From Emiliania huxleyi CCMP1516 (Eukaryota), in assembly GCF_000372725.1 (NCBI RefSeq), contig NW_005201213.1, positions 1 through 64,000 of the forward strand: 64,000 bases of DNA, given 5' to 3'. The position numbers and the translations under genes were made by a program. The notes below the pieces were generated by a model that was given only the letters and a program-made list of their open reading frames with translations, had not been told where the DNA came from and made no database searches. This document shows positions 1-12,700 of this stretch, one piece after another (the first letter of the stretch is position 1; every line of letters begins with the position of its first letter).

Positions 1-163
1 TAAAGTACATAGCGCACGCCTCGCGCGATCTCACACCTTCTCTGCGGCGGCGCCCGGCGGCTCTGGCTGCCGCCCCATCTTGCACTTGAGGTGCAGGATG
101 ACGACGTAGCCGATCTTGAAGACGGAGCCGATAAGCAGGAGCACCGAGAGGTGTAAGAGTTGA

Positions 164-1371
164 ACGGGAGGCGCCGGACTCAAAAGACACCGCCACATTC
201 CTGAGACGAGCGAGGGCAGCCTCCTAAAGGCGAAAGGGTCTAGATTTGGGGCGCTCGCCGAAGAGGAGTACGACAAAATAGCGCCCGTGATTGCCTGCAC
301 GCTACCCGCACTCACGGACTCCATACCCGAAAGAAAGAGAGGGGAGCTCGCGGGAGAGGTGTCGAGTGAACTACAGGTAGTGGGGAAGGCAGCCTCGATT
401 GCCATACAGACATGGGTGCGGAACAACGACAAGACCAAGGGCAAGGCAAGGGCAGAGGAACGAGAGAAGAATATAGGGTGGATAAAGCGCCTGTTCACGG
501 CATGGAGGGTGAGCCACACCGAAGGTACCGAGCGAAGAGCCGAGCGGAAGGAGGACGGGGAAGATGACTCCGAGGAGGACGAACCAGTGGAAATTCAGTT
601 GTCAGATGTCACGATGCATCCGAAGGGGACCCCAGCGCCGGCATCATCCGTAGAGGCACGAGTGTTCGAAGAGAGAGTGGACCTGAGCAACGATATGACT
701 TGGAGGCAAATGATCGGAGTGGGAGTCAGAAATGTGGTCCTTGCGCGAGGGGAGCTCGATAGACTCGAGGGGCCAGGATACGCCGCGAGGAGGACGGAGT
801 TGCGCCGAAAGGCGAAAGAAGCCGCGAGAACAAGGGACCGGCAGGCGGCGGCGTCGCAGGACGAGGCAGAAGAGAACGACGCGACAGAGGAGGAAATGAC
901 AAGGGAGAGAACGACGAGAGTGGGACGACCGCGAGGTGGCATGAAGGCTGCAGCGAGAAGCGGCGAGAGACTGCGAAGAGAGACAGGAAGAGGCAGACTC
1001 CCTAGGGTGGGCGACGGCTAGCGCATCACACACCTCTCCTTAAAATCCCTGTGTGGTGGCGGCGTGCCGTCCTCCCATCCCTCCCTTGGGTTGTCTGTTT
1101 TCTTTCTTTCTGGCTCTCCACAGAGCGATGAGGCCGAGGCGAGCGATGAGTCAGAGGATGAAACAGCAGGAGAGAGAACGACGAGAGTGAGAAGATCGCG
1201 AGGCGGGAAGGTCGCTGCGAGAATCGGCGAGAGACTGCAAAGAGATCCTAGGTAGGAAGAGGTAGACGCCCGACCGAGGGTGGGTGACGGCTAGCACCAC
1301 ACTCCCCTCCTTAAAATCCCTGTATGGTGGCGGCGTGCCGTCCTTCCTCCCATCCCTCCCTTGGGTTGTCT
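164..1371 (+). mobile_element. Probable 3' remnant of a non-LTR retroelement (Glu/Arg-rich ORF fragment 287-1021 plus duplicated 3' region)
   Basis: Purine-rich ORF fragment with no recognisable start. A ~195-bp segment is repeated (905-1096 and 1172-1371). Its motif GGTGGCGGCGTGCCG..CTCCCATCCCTCCCTTGGGTT recurs at ~50755-50790, upstream of an A-rich tail. No RT or endonuclease motif is visible. Confidence 0.35.
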
Positions 1372-2122
1372 CCCTCGGGACATGTCCGCCTATCTCGTGG
1401 GAATGGGCGCTCTGCAAAGGGCACCTCCGTACTTCGACGCGGCTGCTCGCGTAGAGGAGGTAGAGAGGGAGAGGTTGTATTGAGTAATGCGTCCTTCTTG
1501 CGGTACGAACCGAAGAGAGACCCTCAGCCTCGCCGCCGCGGGTGCGGCGGCTAAGCCTGACATGCGTTGAGTGAGGGGAGGGAGGCGATGCACTTTGCCC
1601 CCCCCCCCCCCCCAGACGACCGACATCACACACGACAGGCAGCAGCAGACATGCACATGACAGGCGGAGGGACAGGGAGATAACCGCAAGACGCACCCGG
1701 AGCATCCTCTCGGGGGGAATCAAACATCAGTACGGAACATAGTCCCCAGGGTGTGGTGGGCGGGAGGCGACTGAAAGGTGATGGCGAGGCGTGCGAGCGA
1801 TGAAGGGCAGACACTCGATTGCGCCGACCGACGGGCGCAAGTCTGCCGATATCTCATCCAACATCTCATCCAATATCTCATTAGCTTCGACGCCTCATGG
1901 TGTGAAGTAGATGATGTGGTACAGAGGCCTACGGCCTGCACGGCGAGCGCCGCACGAAGCCAAGCACCACCCCTCAGCAGAGCTGGCGAGAATCCTGGCG
2001 GATTCGCGCTACGGAAAGCCACAAGACGACGCGTGACTCACACTCCAAACTCAGTAAGCATGCAACGGGGGTCGCCCCCACTGCACGACGAGCCGCAGCG
2101 GCGGGTGGCCTGCTAAACACAC

Positions 2123-3631
2123 ATGCCGTGCGATCTCCACCGTGCGCCGGTCTGCCTAGACTGCCTGACAGCAGCGAACTTCAGCCGAGCAGACGTGGCT
2201 GTACAGCCGAGCGGCCTCTTGCAGGTGTTCATCACCTCAGGCGTGGCTGGGTGCGCTCGGCGATCCACAGGAGGTGACGTGTGGATCGTGCGATGGGAGA
2301 CGCAGAGCGGTCATCATGGCGCCATGTGGCGCTCCCGGGCGAAAGACCTCGGCAACGGGTCGTACCTAGCGAGCTTGCCTGCAACGCTGCGTGGAATTCA
2401 CGCGCTGGCGCACGTGCAATTGTGGTGGTCCGCAAGCGTCCGCTCCGAACACTTCCTGCTGCATGACTGGGTGCAGCATGGCGGTCGAGGATTCGAGAAC
2501 GTGACAGCTGGAGGGGCGCCCCGTTGCATCGGCGAGGCGCTTCCCTCCAGCCCGTTGCATTTGCCGCCTCAGACCTCAGGCATGCGTCACCCGCAGGGCA
2601 GGCCGTGTGAGGAGCGCTCAAGCATGCGCGGCCACTGGCGATTTGCCGATGGTCGGTACGAGTGGCGGCCTGCCGGATGTGGCGTTGGTGACAATCCGTG
2701 CGACAACGCCTTCAGATGTTCGTGGCACGACAGGGTGTGTCTGCAGGCCGAGGCGGCCTCGTGCCTGGCTGGGAGGCGGCTCGTGCTATTAGGCGATTCG
2801 GTACTCGCCGGCACGTTCCTCGACCTATGCGCGCTGCTCGGCCATGGCAACGACACATGTGTCAAAATCGGCCCCAATGTGGGCTGGCAAACGCGCCCGG
2901 AGAACATCTCGATGCTGCCGCGGGTACCGCTCGCCTTCATGCCTGTGTTTTCACTCCCGGGCCGGACGGGTCTGGCGAACATGGTCGGCGACGAGACGAT
3001 GCGCGAGGCGTGGGAGCGGCTACTATCCTCCGCGTCGTCCGACACCATCGTGGTGTTGCAAAGCGGTTTGCATGACGTGGGCATGATGCCTCCCTCCAAA
3101 CATCGTGCGGCGCCGCTGCAGCGTTACGAGCACGATCTGCGCCAGCTTGCGCGGCTGGTAGGCCGCGTGCGCCGTCGAAACCCTTCTGTCGTCTTTGTTT
3201 GGCGTGCGATGATGGAGGGAGTCCTCATGGCCGACACCCCGACGGCTGCGCTTCGAGACGGCTGCTCCGTCAACGACATGCCCCAGACACACCCCGACGT
3301 TGTGGATTTCATGAACCAAGCCGCCGCGAAGGCGTTCGCTCGGACGCCAGGCGTGACCGTCTGGCCCGAAGCTGCGCCGCTCACATTCAGCGCACCAACG
3401 GCCGCATGGCGCACGTTTACCGGGCAGCGCGACGTCGTCCACCACGACAAATGTGGGAGGGGTGTCTCCGCGATGAGGGAAGGCTCGGGTCGTTGCCACG
3501 CCCCCAACGCACCCGCCGATCGCAGCCAAAGCCTGTACCCAGGTTACAAGAACTGGCTGCAAGGAGGGCTGAGCACGACGATCACGCAGACGCTGTTTGC
3601 AGTGTTGAATTGCACGTGCGCTCTACCGTAG
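2123..3631 (+). CDS. NXPE/PC-esterase-like (SGNH-related acyl esterase/transferase) protein, 502 aa, single exon
   Basis: Filamin/Ig-like N-terminal motif GGDVW...DLGNGSY; CLAGRRLVLLGDS catalytic Ser motif; VVLQSGLHD block; C-terminal DVVH (DxxH). Confidence 0.7.
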   Translation: MPCDLHRAPVCLDCLTAANFSRADVAVQPSGLLQVFITSGVAGCARRSTGGDVWIVRWETQSGHHGAMWRSRAKDLGNGSYLASLPATLRGIHALAHVQLWWSASVRSEHFLLHDWVQHGGRGFENVTAGGAPRCIGEALPSSPLHLPPQTSGMRHPQGRPCEERSSMRGHWRFADGRYEWRPAGCGVGDNPCDNAFRCSWHDRVCLQAEAASCLAGRRLVLLGDSVLAGTFLDLCALLGHGNDTCVKIGPNVGWQTRPENISMLPRVPLAFMPVFSLPGRTGLANMVGDETMREAWERLLSSASSDTIVVLQSGLHDVGMMPPSKHRAAPLQRYEHDLRQLARLVGRVRRRNPSVVFVWRAMMEGVLMADTPTAALRDGCSVNDMPQTHPDVVDFMNQAAAKAFARTPGVTVWPEAAPLTFSAPTAAWRTFTGQRDVVHHDKCGRGVSAMREGSGRCHAPNAPADRSQSLYPGYKNWLQGGLSTTITQTLFAVLNCTCALP

Positions 3632-3700
3632 TTGCCTGAGGCTTGAGAGAGCTGTCACGCCGCGGTTAAAGCCGTACGCGGGAGTCGCTTAAGGGGCTCC

Positions 3701-3740
3701 CGTGGTGTACCTGCGTTAGTGCCAGTGCGCGCCAGTCCCG
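3701..3740 (+). repeat. Dispersed ~45-bp repeat family A, copy 1 (CGTGGTGTACCTG.GTT.GTGCCAGTGCGCGCCAGTCCCG)
   Basis: Direct sequence match to five other copies in the window. Confidence 0.85.
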
Positions 3741-3869
3741 CCCAGGTGAAAATTCTGCAAAGGGGTGTGAACGGAGAGAGCAAACTCCTGGCAGCTCCCA
3801 CAGCCGAAATGTGCGCCAGCTGCCCGCTCACCTGTGTCACGCCGCCGCGCACGCACCTCGCTATGTGCT

Positions 3870-4135
3870 CGCGCGAGCTCCCGCCCGAGCCTCCAGCTCG
3901 GTGTCCCACTGCTGCGGAGCCGATCGCTTCTCCTCGGCGCTCGCGTCGAGCCGAGCTCTCGGCACTCTACGGCAGGCGTCGCTGTGCGGGGCGCCCGTTT
4001 CCTGCTGGCCCGAGCGGAAAGCTCCACGTGCCCGCGCGAGCTCCCGGCCGAGCCTCCAGCTCGGCGTCCCACTGCTGAGGAGCCGATCGTCGTCCGTCGT
4101 CCGTCGGTTCTCTCGAGGAGCCGAGCTCTTTGGCC
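3870..4135. repeat. Imperfect GC-rich tandem duplication (~165-bp period)
   Basis: cgcgagctcccg.ccgagcctccagctcgg.gtcccactgctg.ggagccgatcg at ~3872 and ~4034. Confidence 0.7.
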
Positions 4136-4740
4136 GGCGACGCTGCAGGACGGCGCGCGCGCACCCCCCCCCCTCCCTCACCCGCGCGCTCTTCCGCCGG
4201 CGGCGCACACGCACCCGGCCCCCGCTGTGGTTGATATTTAGCACGCTACTCGTNNNNNNNNNNNNNNNNNNNNNNNNNNNNNNNNNNNNNNNNNNNNNNN
4301 NNNNNNNNNNNNNNNNNNNNNNNNNNNNNNNNNNNNNNNNNNNNNNNNNNNNNNNNNNNNGGAGCGGTCGCCAATGCATAGGCGCGCGCATTGACAGTTT
4401 CAACGACTCTCGAGTCGTCGGCGAGTAGTGTGCGCGGGCGGTGGGTGCCGTGGAGATTAGGGGAGATCGCTTTGAGCTGCGGGAGATGTTTGGGAGAACG
4501 ACCAACGAGAGATACAGACACGGCGGTACGGTGTCTGGAGTAACATCTCAGAGATTGAGCAGCGCAGGGGGTGTGCACCTGCCCCCCCATCTCCGGTCCA
4601 ACGAGTAGAAACATGTTTCCAAAAAGCAGCTACGCCCGACACGACGACGAGACTCTCACTCTCCTCGCGCACTTCGCAGCAACCACAAGGTCCAAGGATC
4701 GGGCGCGGGAGTCAGAGGAATTAGCTCAGCGAGAGACACG

Positions 4741-4748
4741 CACTCACA

Positions 4749-4815
<67 letters not shown>

Positions 4816-4860
4816 CGAGCGAGCGAGCGAGAGAGCGAGCGAGCGAGAGAGAGAGCGAGA
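4741..4860. repeat. Compound microsatellite (CA)n-(GA)n/(GAGC)n
   Basis: Directly visible. Confidence 0.95.
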
Positions 4861-6395
4861 GTACAGTACAGTGATCAACAGAGACCCCCACCCACACGCC
4901 GCGCAGTGTGGGAAGCGACGACGGAGACTCACTACTCGCACTCGCAGCACGGATTCAACGGGAGGAACGAGGGGACGCCCGGGCAGCCCCCGGGGCACGC
5001 GCAGCCGTTACGGTGCGCGTCCTAGGTGCGGATCGCTGGCCAGCGTCAAGGTCGGGACGGGCGTGGCATCGTGCGAGTCGCCGTCCCGGCGCAATTGGAG
5101 GGACGGCGCGTCCTCTACACGGCGCCGCCGCCCGACACCGACGTGGGCCGAGACTGCGCAGCGGGGCGGCTGGGCATAGGCACGTACGTGACCACAGTCA
5201 TGGGGGGGCACTTCCAAGTCGTCCTAGACGTCAAGGAGACCTGCGAACTAATCCTGCAAAAGGGCACCGTGCTGTGCAGTTACTACCTGCCCGATGAGAA
5301 GGGCCACTTCGACTACGCAGTGCGGCCGCCCGAGCCACCCGAGCTGTCGGCGGAGGAGGTCGCTAGGGCCACCCACCCCATGCCCGAGGGAGCAGACGTG
5401 GACACAGAGGCGTACGAGCGGCGCATCAAGCAGCTAATGGAGACCTACACGGAGCGGAGGCGCTACGTGTTCCCCAAGGGGGACCGCATCGGGAGCTGCC
5501 TGGCGGGCGTGTTCGATGTGACCCTCCGCCCCGAATTCGACCCAGAAAAGGGCGGAACGAAGGTCATAGAGAACAAGCCCTACTTCAACCAGGGGCACGA
5601 GCAGAAGGAGGCCATACTCGAGATGCAGCGGACCTTCTTTGCGGTCGGAGCACTGGTGCCCTCGCAGGAAGCGCACGGCTGCGCCTGTGTGGTGGTACCT
5701 AAGCCCAAGGGCGGATACCGGGTGGCCTTCGACTTCCGCACGGTCAACGCTGCTACTGTGCCTGCGTTCTACCCCCTGCCCACCCTGCAAGCATGTCTCG
5801 ACAGGCTGGGCGGCGCACGCTTCATGACCGCGCTTGACATGAACAGCGCCTTCCATCAGATCCCGGCCACGCCGCGGGCATCGAAGGCCATGAGCCTCAA
5901 CATGCCCAACGGGCGCTACTCGTTCAAGTGCATGGCCATGGGGATGCAAGGGGCGAGCGCTTGCTTCCAAGCAATCATGGAGGAGGTGCTCCGGGGCCTC
6001 GACTTCGTCATTGTGTACATAGACGACGTCCTGATCTGCTCGAGGACGTGGGAGGAGCACCTCGGGCACCTGGGGCAGGTCCTCGACAGACTCGCCAGTG
6101 CCGGCTTCACTTTGCGCGCGGCCAAGTGCAAGGTTGGAGTGAGGGAGGTTGAATTCCTCGGGTACGTCGCCAATGGCGACGGTTACAAGCCCTCGGAGGC
6201 CAACACCGCCGCCATCGAGAAGCTGCCCTTCCCCGGCAACGAGGAGAAGATGCGGCACTTCATCGGGCTCGTCAACTTCTACGCCTCGCAGATCCCGGAG
6301 TGCTCCATAATCATGGAGCCGCTGCAGCAGCGGGTGCAGCACAAGGCGAAGGGCGACCCCAGCGAGCTCGAGCTCGAGGCCTTCCGGAGGCTCCG
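4861..6395 (+). mobile_element. Truncated Ty3/Gypsy LTR-retrotransposon pol fragment (reverse transcriptase)
   Basis: VVPKPKGGYRVAFDFRTVN, YPLPTL, LDMNSAFHQI, MAMG, YIDD, HLGQVLDRL, KC, FLG, FIGLVNFY. The frame is open from 4861 except an in-frame TAG at 5023-5025. Homology stops before RNase H/integrase at ~6395. No LTR pair was found. Confidence 0.9.
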
Positions 6396-6441
6396 TAACG
6401 CGAATACAAAAGAATCTTCAAGGCGCTCTCTCACAAAACAA

Positions 6442-6485
6442 GGCACGGGACTGGCGCGCACTGGCACCAACACAGGTACACCACG
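6442..6485 (-). repeat. Dispersed repeat family A, copy 2
   Basis: GGCACGGGACTGGCGCGCACTGGCACCAACACAGGTACACCACG is the reverse complement of copy 1 and lies just past the RT truncation point. Confidence 0.85.
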
Positions 6486-6763
6486 ATACTCGGGCACGCA
6501 GGACGAAAGAGCTGGAACCCCACCATCATAATCTCCATCCGGACTGCCCATGCACGTGACATGCACAACAACATGCACATGCACATGCACATGCTACATG
6601 TGACTCCCCCCCCCCCCCCCCCTCTCCAACGCAATGTGAATGCCGCGCACATACACCCCGAGCGCCGAGGATGCGGTTTCATGTGCGAGCTAGCTCTACT
6701 ATTGTCCCGTGTTTGCAGGCCATCGCCGCGCCCCACGTTTTGCGCACGACATCGCGCAACCGA

Positions 6764-9700
6764 TCAGACCTGCTGCTGCAGCGACGACGCCTCGCCTCCA
6801 GAGACGTCGCGCGCCGCAGAGCTGCGGCTGCTCATCTTGGCGAACACCCGGCTCAGGCCGCCAAAGCTGCGCTTCGCGAGGTTGGTGCTGCCCTCGGCGA
6901 CGCTGCCCGAGACGAGGAGGCCCGCCCGCGACCGAGCGGGGGTCGCGCCTAGGCTCTTTGCCAGAAGTACGAGCGACACCTGTGGGCAGGGACGCCCCTC
7001 GTCACGAAACGCTCGACGCGGGGTAGAGCTCGCTGTGGGAGAGAGGGCGCGCGCCTTGCGGTGGCGCCCCGGGAAGCACGATTTTGCCAGGTCCTTGTAG
7101 AGTCCGCCGGCGATGAGCTCCTGCAGCGTTGGGGGGAGAGGGTTGGGGGGAGGAGGGGTGGCTCGGGACGGGCGTCACGTTGAGACATTCGCTCCTGCGG
7201 CGTGACTTCGAAAAACCTCGAGAACTGGCAGCCGCGGAGCGCGGGGTCGTTCTCGTGCGCCATCACGATCTTCAGCCTGTCCTCCCGCGCCTGCTTGACC
7301 TGCTCGGCCAGCCGCTCGTCGCTGACGAAGCTGTCCTCGTTGAGGTAGAGAAGCATGTGCGTCGCGCCGGCCGGCCGATCATCGGTGGTGGAGATCGTGA
7401 GACCGGCAAAGGCGGTGGCGATCTCGTTGGCCAGCTCCAGCGACCCCGCGTTGGCAGGCGAGGCCCAGAGCGTGCACGGTTTGGAAAAGGCGAGCGACTG
7501 GCTCTCGAGCTCGCCCGACACGCAGAGCGGGAGGGAGGTCTTGTCCAGAAAGTTGGGCGAGCAGAGGAGCACCGCCTAGGGTGGTTCAAGTGGGGTCGGT
7601 CGGGAGGTAGAGAGGACTGCGGAGCGGCTGGCTGCGGCCGGCGGCGCCTCGGCGATGATCTTGAGCGAGATGAGCTGAAACTCATCGATGCGATACCAGA
7701 TCGTGAGCGGCCAGTCCTTGTCAAAGATGGCCGGCTGCAGGTCCTCGGGGCACTCGTCGCGCAGCGCCTGCAGCGTCCCGCCGCCCTTTTCAGGGTCAGC
7801 TTCTTGGACGAGGACGAGCGGCTTGTCCTTCTCGAGCGACGAGCGAACCTCTCGGAGGCAGTTCTGTGGCGCGGGAGAGGAGGAGGTAAGGCCAGGGTGC
7901 GGTAGAGGCGGGGTGGGAGGTCAGGGAGAGGCGAGCCTTGGAGCGGAAGTAGCCCTGCGAGAGGAAGAAGAGGATGGCCTGCGAGCGCTGGATGTACTCC
8001 TCGAGTGCCCCGATATCCTTAAGATCATCTACCTATGAGAGCACACCGCGGAGCGTCAGAGAGCTGGGCTCTGTGTAGCTAGCGCGGCTGAGCATGTGCG
8101 CGCGTCGAGAAAGACTTTGATGTCCGGCAGCAGCTGTTCGAGCTCACCCTTGATGACCTTGACGGCGTCTTGACCGGTAGACCTATTCGTTTGGGTGAGG
8201 GACGGGGATCACGCCGGCTGTTTTCATTCCCTCTTCTCCCTCCATGACTCACCAGATGTGGCTGTTGAAGAGGTGCCACGTGAGGCCAGTCCCGATGCTC
8301 ATCTCGGGGGGCTGCTTGGTCGAGACGAGTCGGATCGTGGGGATTTTGGCGACGCGGCGGGCGCCGACGATGGCGCCGACGAGGAAGAAGGCGAGCACGG
8401 CTGCAAGAAGGATGATCATCGAGTCGACAATCACATTGAGGCTGCGGAAGCCGAGGACTGCATTGGCATCATCGATCCCGGAGCGCTCCTGGATGCCGAG
8501 GAAGATGGTGCTCCAGTTGGTACCGAGGAAGAGGAGGAGGAGCACGAGGCTCGTGGCGACGGCGAGCACGTTGTCCTCGACCCGCTTGTACGGCCGCACG
8601 ACGGCGAGCGCGACGGCGTAGCATGAGCAGACTAGGGTCGCCACCACGAGGCGAACAAAGGCTCGCTCCTCCGGTATCAGCAGCACGAAGCCTGTGAGCA
8701 CGAGCTTGCGCGCCAGCTCGACCGCCTCCCACCAGTACCAGGTCTTCTCGTACTCCCGGTGGAGGAAGGCGGTGGCCCGCGTCAGAGCATTCGGCGTCTT
8801 GGCCTGCAGCGGCTTGTAGCAGGCGGCGAGGAGCGACGTGAAGAGGACCAGCGAGCCCGCGGGCCAGAGGACGATGAAACCGATGGCGAGGCCGGTGATG
8901 GGTCCGTGAGCGTCGGAGCCGCACTCGACGCTCGCGTCCTGCCGCATGTAGGAGACCTGCTCTAGCTCCTCGCCAGGCGGAGAGGTGGTGTAGGCCTATC
9001 AGCAGAACGTTACGAGGACTGAGGCCGGAGGGGTGGGGTTGTGAGCAGCGGCAGTCATCAGCTGTGAGAGGGCGCCTGGCACGACCAGGATTGGAAAATG
9101 GAGGCGCTGATGGAGGGCACGAAGCAGAAGATGAGCACCAGGCCCGCCGGCGTGAGGTCGAGGAGGCCGAGGGCCGCCTCCGCGTACCACGGCCTCGCGC
9201 GCGGCGCCGGGGCGACGCGCCAGCAGTGGAGCCGCAGGCTTATTCCCGCGACCATTAGCAGGGCGATGAGGGCGACGGGGGAGAGGGCGATGGCGAGGAG
9301 CCGCAGAGCGTAGCCGAGGCACTGCTCCGGCATGAAAAAGCCAGACCAGTCGATGGAGATCACGTTGGCCAGCTTATCCGTCCAGCCCGTGTACTTGTCC
9401 GGCAGCCGCGCGGAGTAGGTGGAGGACAATACAGTGCAGATCTGGTAGAAGCCAAAGAGGATCTTGAGCTTGGCCGTCATTCCGACGCCGACGTAGTACT
9501 TGACGGAGCGGTCTGCAAAGCGGAGGATAGGGCCGATGAAGCGCTCCTTCCGCCACGGCATGTTGTAGGCCCACGCCGCCAAGCCGCACGCGACGCAGAG
9601 GCCGAGGACGAGGCCCACGATGCGGCCAGCCGCCGCGTCGCGCGGAGCGCATAATTCGCACTCATCGCCGTCGACGAGGTAGTGATTCTCCGCGGCGCAG

Positions 9701-12700
9701 AGCTGGCACTCGGGGCCTTTGAAGTCAGAAGCGCAGTACGCGTCCGAGCTCGCCTCCTCCAGCCTCCGGCGGCGAGAGGCCCCTCCCGCCACCGTCTCGC
9801 TGCCGGCGCATCGCGTCTCGCCGGCATTGGCATTGCCGCCAAAGAGGCGGCAGTCTGTCAGCACGGCGGAGGAGGGGCTGGCGCGCCAGAAGCCGCGCGG
9901 GAGGACGAGGGTCTCGAGGGTGGTGTTGGTCGGGCACGTGGCGTCCGGCGGGCACGGGACGCAGTGCTTGGTTGGGGATTTGAAGACGCCATCCACATCG
10001 ACGCTCGCCTTCAGGTAGAATTCAGCCTTGCAGACGGAGCAGGTGACGCTGCCGGTGCCGCTAGCAAGAGGGTAGGGGCAGGGGATGCACTCGCCCTGAC
10101 CCACGTTGGCGGCGTAAGTGTCGGCAGCGCACTCGTCGCAGGAAGAGCTGCCGGCGCCGGAGGATGTGCCGCGAGGGCAGCTCTCACAGATGCTCTGTCC
10201 GGCGAGGGCGGTGAAGGTGCCCGGCGCGCAATCGTTGGCGTCATCGGAGCCGGTCGGGCAGAACGTGCCGGCCGGACAGGTGATGCAGTCGTCCTTGCTC
10301 GTCATGAGGTCGAGGGAGGCGTTGATGCGCGTCCCGGCGGGGCAGGGCAGCGGCGCAGAGGCGCCCTCGGCGCAGTAATGGCCCGGCACGCACGCGATGC
10401 AGTTGGTGGCGCCGCTCGCGTCCTGATATTCGCCGGCGGGGCACTTCTGGCAGATGCTCTGTCCCCTGGAAGCGGTGACAGTGCCCGGCGAGCACGGCGT
10501 CTGCTCGGTGGAGCCCGTCACCGCGAAATAGCCAGCACCGGCCGGCGTGCAGTCGTCCGGTTCGTCGTTGTCGGTCGCGCGCGAGTAGCTGCCCTTGTCG
10601 CATGGCAGCGGCGCCGCCGCGCCCTTGGCGCAGTAGCTGCCCGCCTCGCAAGCGCGACAGGATGTCGCGCCCGTGTCGTTCTGGTAGGTCCCGCCCGCGC
10701 ACTTGTTGCACGCCTCCATCCGCTCGGCCGGCGCGATCGTGCCTGCCGCGCACTGCGTCGGACGCGCAGCCCCGCCCGGACACGACGAGCCCGCCGGGCA
10801 GTCGAAGCAGTCGGGGATGCCGTCGCCGTCCGTGACGTTGGCATACGTGCCCGGCTCGCACGCCGCGGGCAGCTCGAGCGACGCACCGATAGGGCAGGAG
10901 CTGCCAAGCCCGCACCGGACGCAGCCGGCAGCGCCGATGGCGTTCTGGTAGGATCCCGCCTTGCACGGCTCGCACTCGGCGTTGCGAGAGCCGGCAGCAA
11001 ACGTGCCGGCGCGGCAAGCCAAGGGAGCCACGCTGCCAGTGCTGCAAGCGTGGCCCGACGGGCAGTCCTCGCAGCTGCCCGCCGAGTCGAGATTCGTCTT
11101 GTTCGAGTAGCTGCCAGCCTCGCACGGCAGCGCCGCCGCCGCGCCAACAGCGCAGTAGCTGCCTTGCTTGCACGGCTTGCAGTCCATCTTGCCGCCCTTG
11201 TCCTGGAACGTACCGCCGGCGCAGGGCGTGCACGCGCCCTGCCCGTACGCGTCCGTGTACGACCCCTTGGCGCACGCCGTCTGCTGCGTGGAGCCGGTGG
11301 TGGCGAAGTGGCCCGGCGAGGCGTCGGTGCACTCGCCCGCGGCGGTGAGGTTGGTGGCGGTCGAGTAGCTGCCCGCAACGCACGGCAGCGGCGCCGACGC
11401 GCCCTCGGCGCAGTAGCTGCCCTCCACGCACGGAAGGCAGCTCGTCGCGTTCGACTCGCCCTGGTACGTCCCGCCCGCACAGCTGGCGCACTCGGAGAGG
11501 CCGGCCGTGGCGGCGAAAGAGCCCGGCGAGCACTCGGACGGCGGCGCCGCCCCGCCGCCGCACGACGAGCCGGCGGGGCAGTCGAGGCACTCGGGGTCGC
11601 CGCTCCGGTCGGTCAGCCTCGCGTACGTGCCCGCCTCGCACTGCGCGTCCAGCTCGCGCGACGACCCCACCGGGCAAAACTTGCCAGCAGCGCAGCGGAC
11701 GCAGGCGGCGGCGGCGGGCCGGTCCTGGTAGTACCCCTCGGGGCACAGCTCGCACGCGTCGTTGCGGGTGCCGTTGGCGAAGCTGCCCTCGCGGCACGCC
11801 GTCTGCTCGGTGGAGCCGGTGGTGGCGAAGTGGCCCGGCGTGGCGTCGGTGCACTCGCTCGCGTCGGTGAGGTTGGTGGCGCTCGAGTAGCTGCCAGCCT
11901 CGCACGGCAGCGCCGCCGCCGCGCCAACAGCGCAGTAGCTTCCCGCCTCGCACGGCTCGCACGCCGTCTTGCCTTCCTCGTCCTGGTACGTGCCGCCGGC
12001 GCAGGGCGTGCACGCACCCTGCCCGTACGCGTCCGTGTACGACCCCTTGGCGCACGCCGTCTGCTGCGTGGAGCCGGTGGTGGCGAAGTGGCCCGGCGAG
12101 GCGTCGGTGCACTCGCCCGCGGCGGTGAGGTTGGTGGCGGTCGAGTAGCTGCCCGCAACGCACGGCAGCGGCGCCGACGCGCCCTCGGCGCAATAGCTGC
12201 CCTCCACGCACGGAAGGCAGCTCGTCGCGTTCGACTCGCCCTGGTACGTCCCGCCCGCACAGCTGGCGCACTCGGAGAGGCCGGCCGTGGCGGCGAAAGA
12301 GCCCGGCGAGCACTCGGACGGCGGCGCCGCCCCGCCGCCGCACGACGAGCCGGCGGGGCAGTCGAGGCACTCGGGGTCGCCGCTCCGGTCGGTCAGCCTC
12401 GCGTACGTGCCCGCCTCGCACTGCGCGTCCAGCTCGCGCGACGACCCCTGAGGGCAAAACTTGCCAGCAGCGCAGCGGACGCAGGCGGCGGCGGCGGGCT
12501 GGTCCTGGTAGTACCCCTCGGGGCACAGCTCGCACGCGTCGTTGCGGGTGCCGTTGGCGAAGCTGCCCTCGCGGCACGCCGTCGGCTCGGTGGAGCCGGT
12601 GGTGGCGAAGTGGCCCGGCGAGGCGTCGGTGCACTCGCCCGCGGCGGTGAGGTTGGTGGCGGTCGAGTAGCTGCCCGCAACGCACGGCAGCGGCGCCGAC

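Noticed and set aside
4371..6600. Complete LTR retrotransposon, or a retron/DGR-type RT system
   Set aside because: The RT motifs are Ty3/Gypsy type. There is no LTR pair, gag, RNase H, integrase, or template/variable repeat pair.
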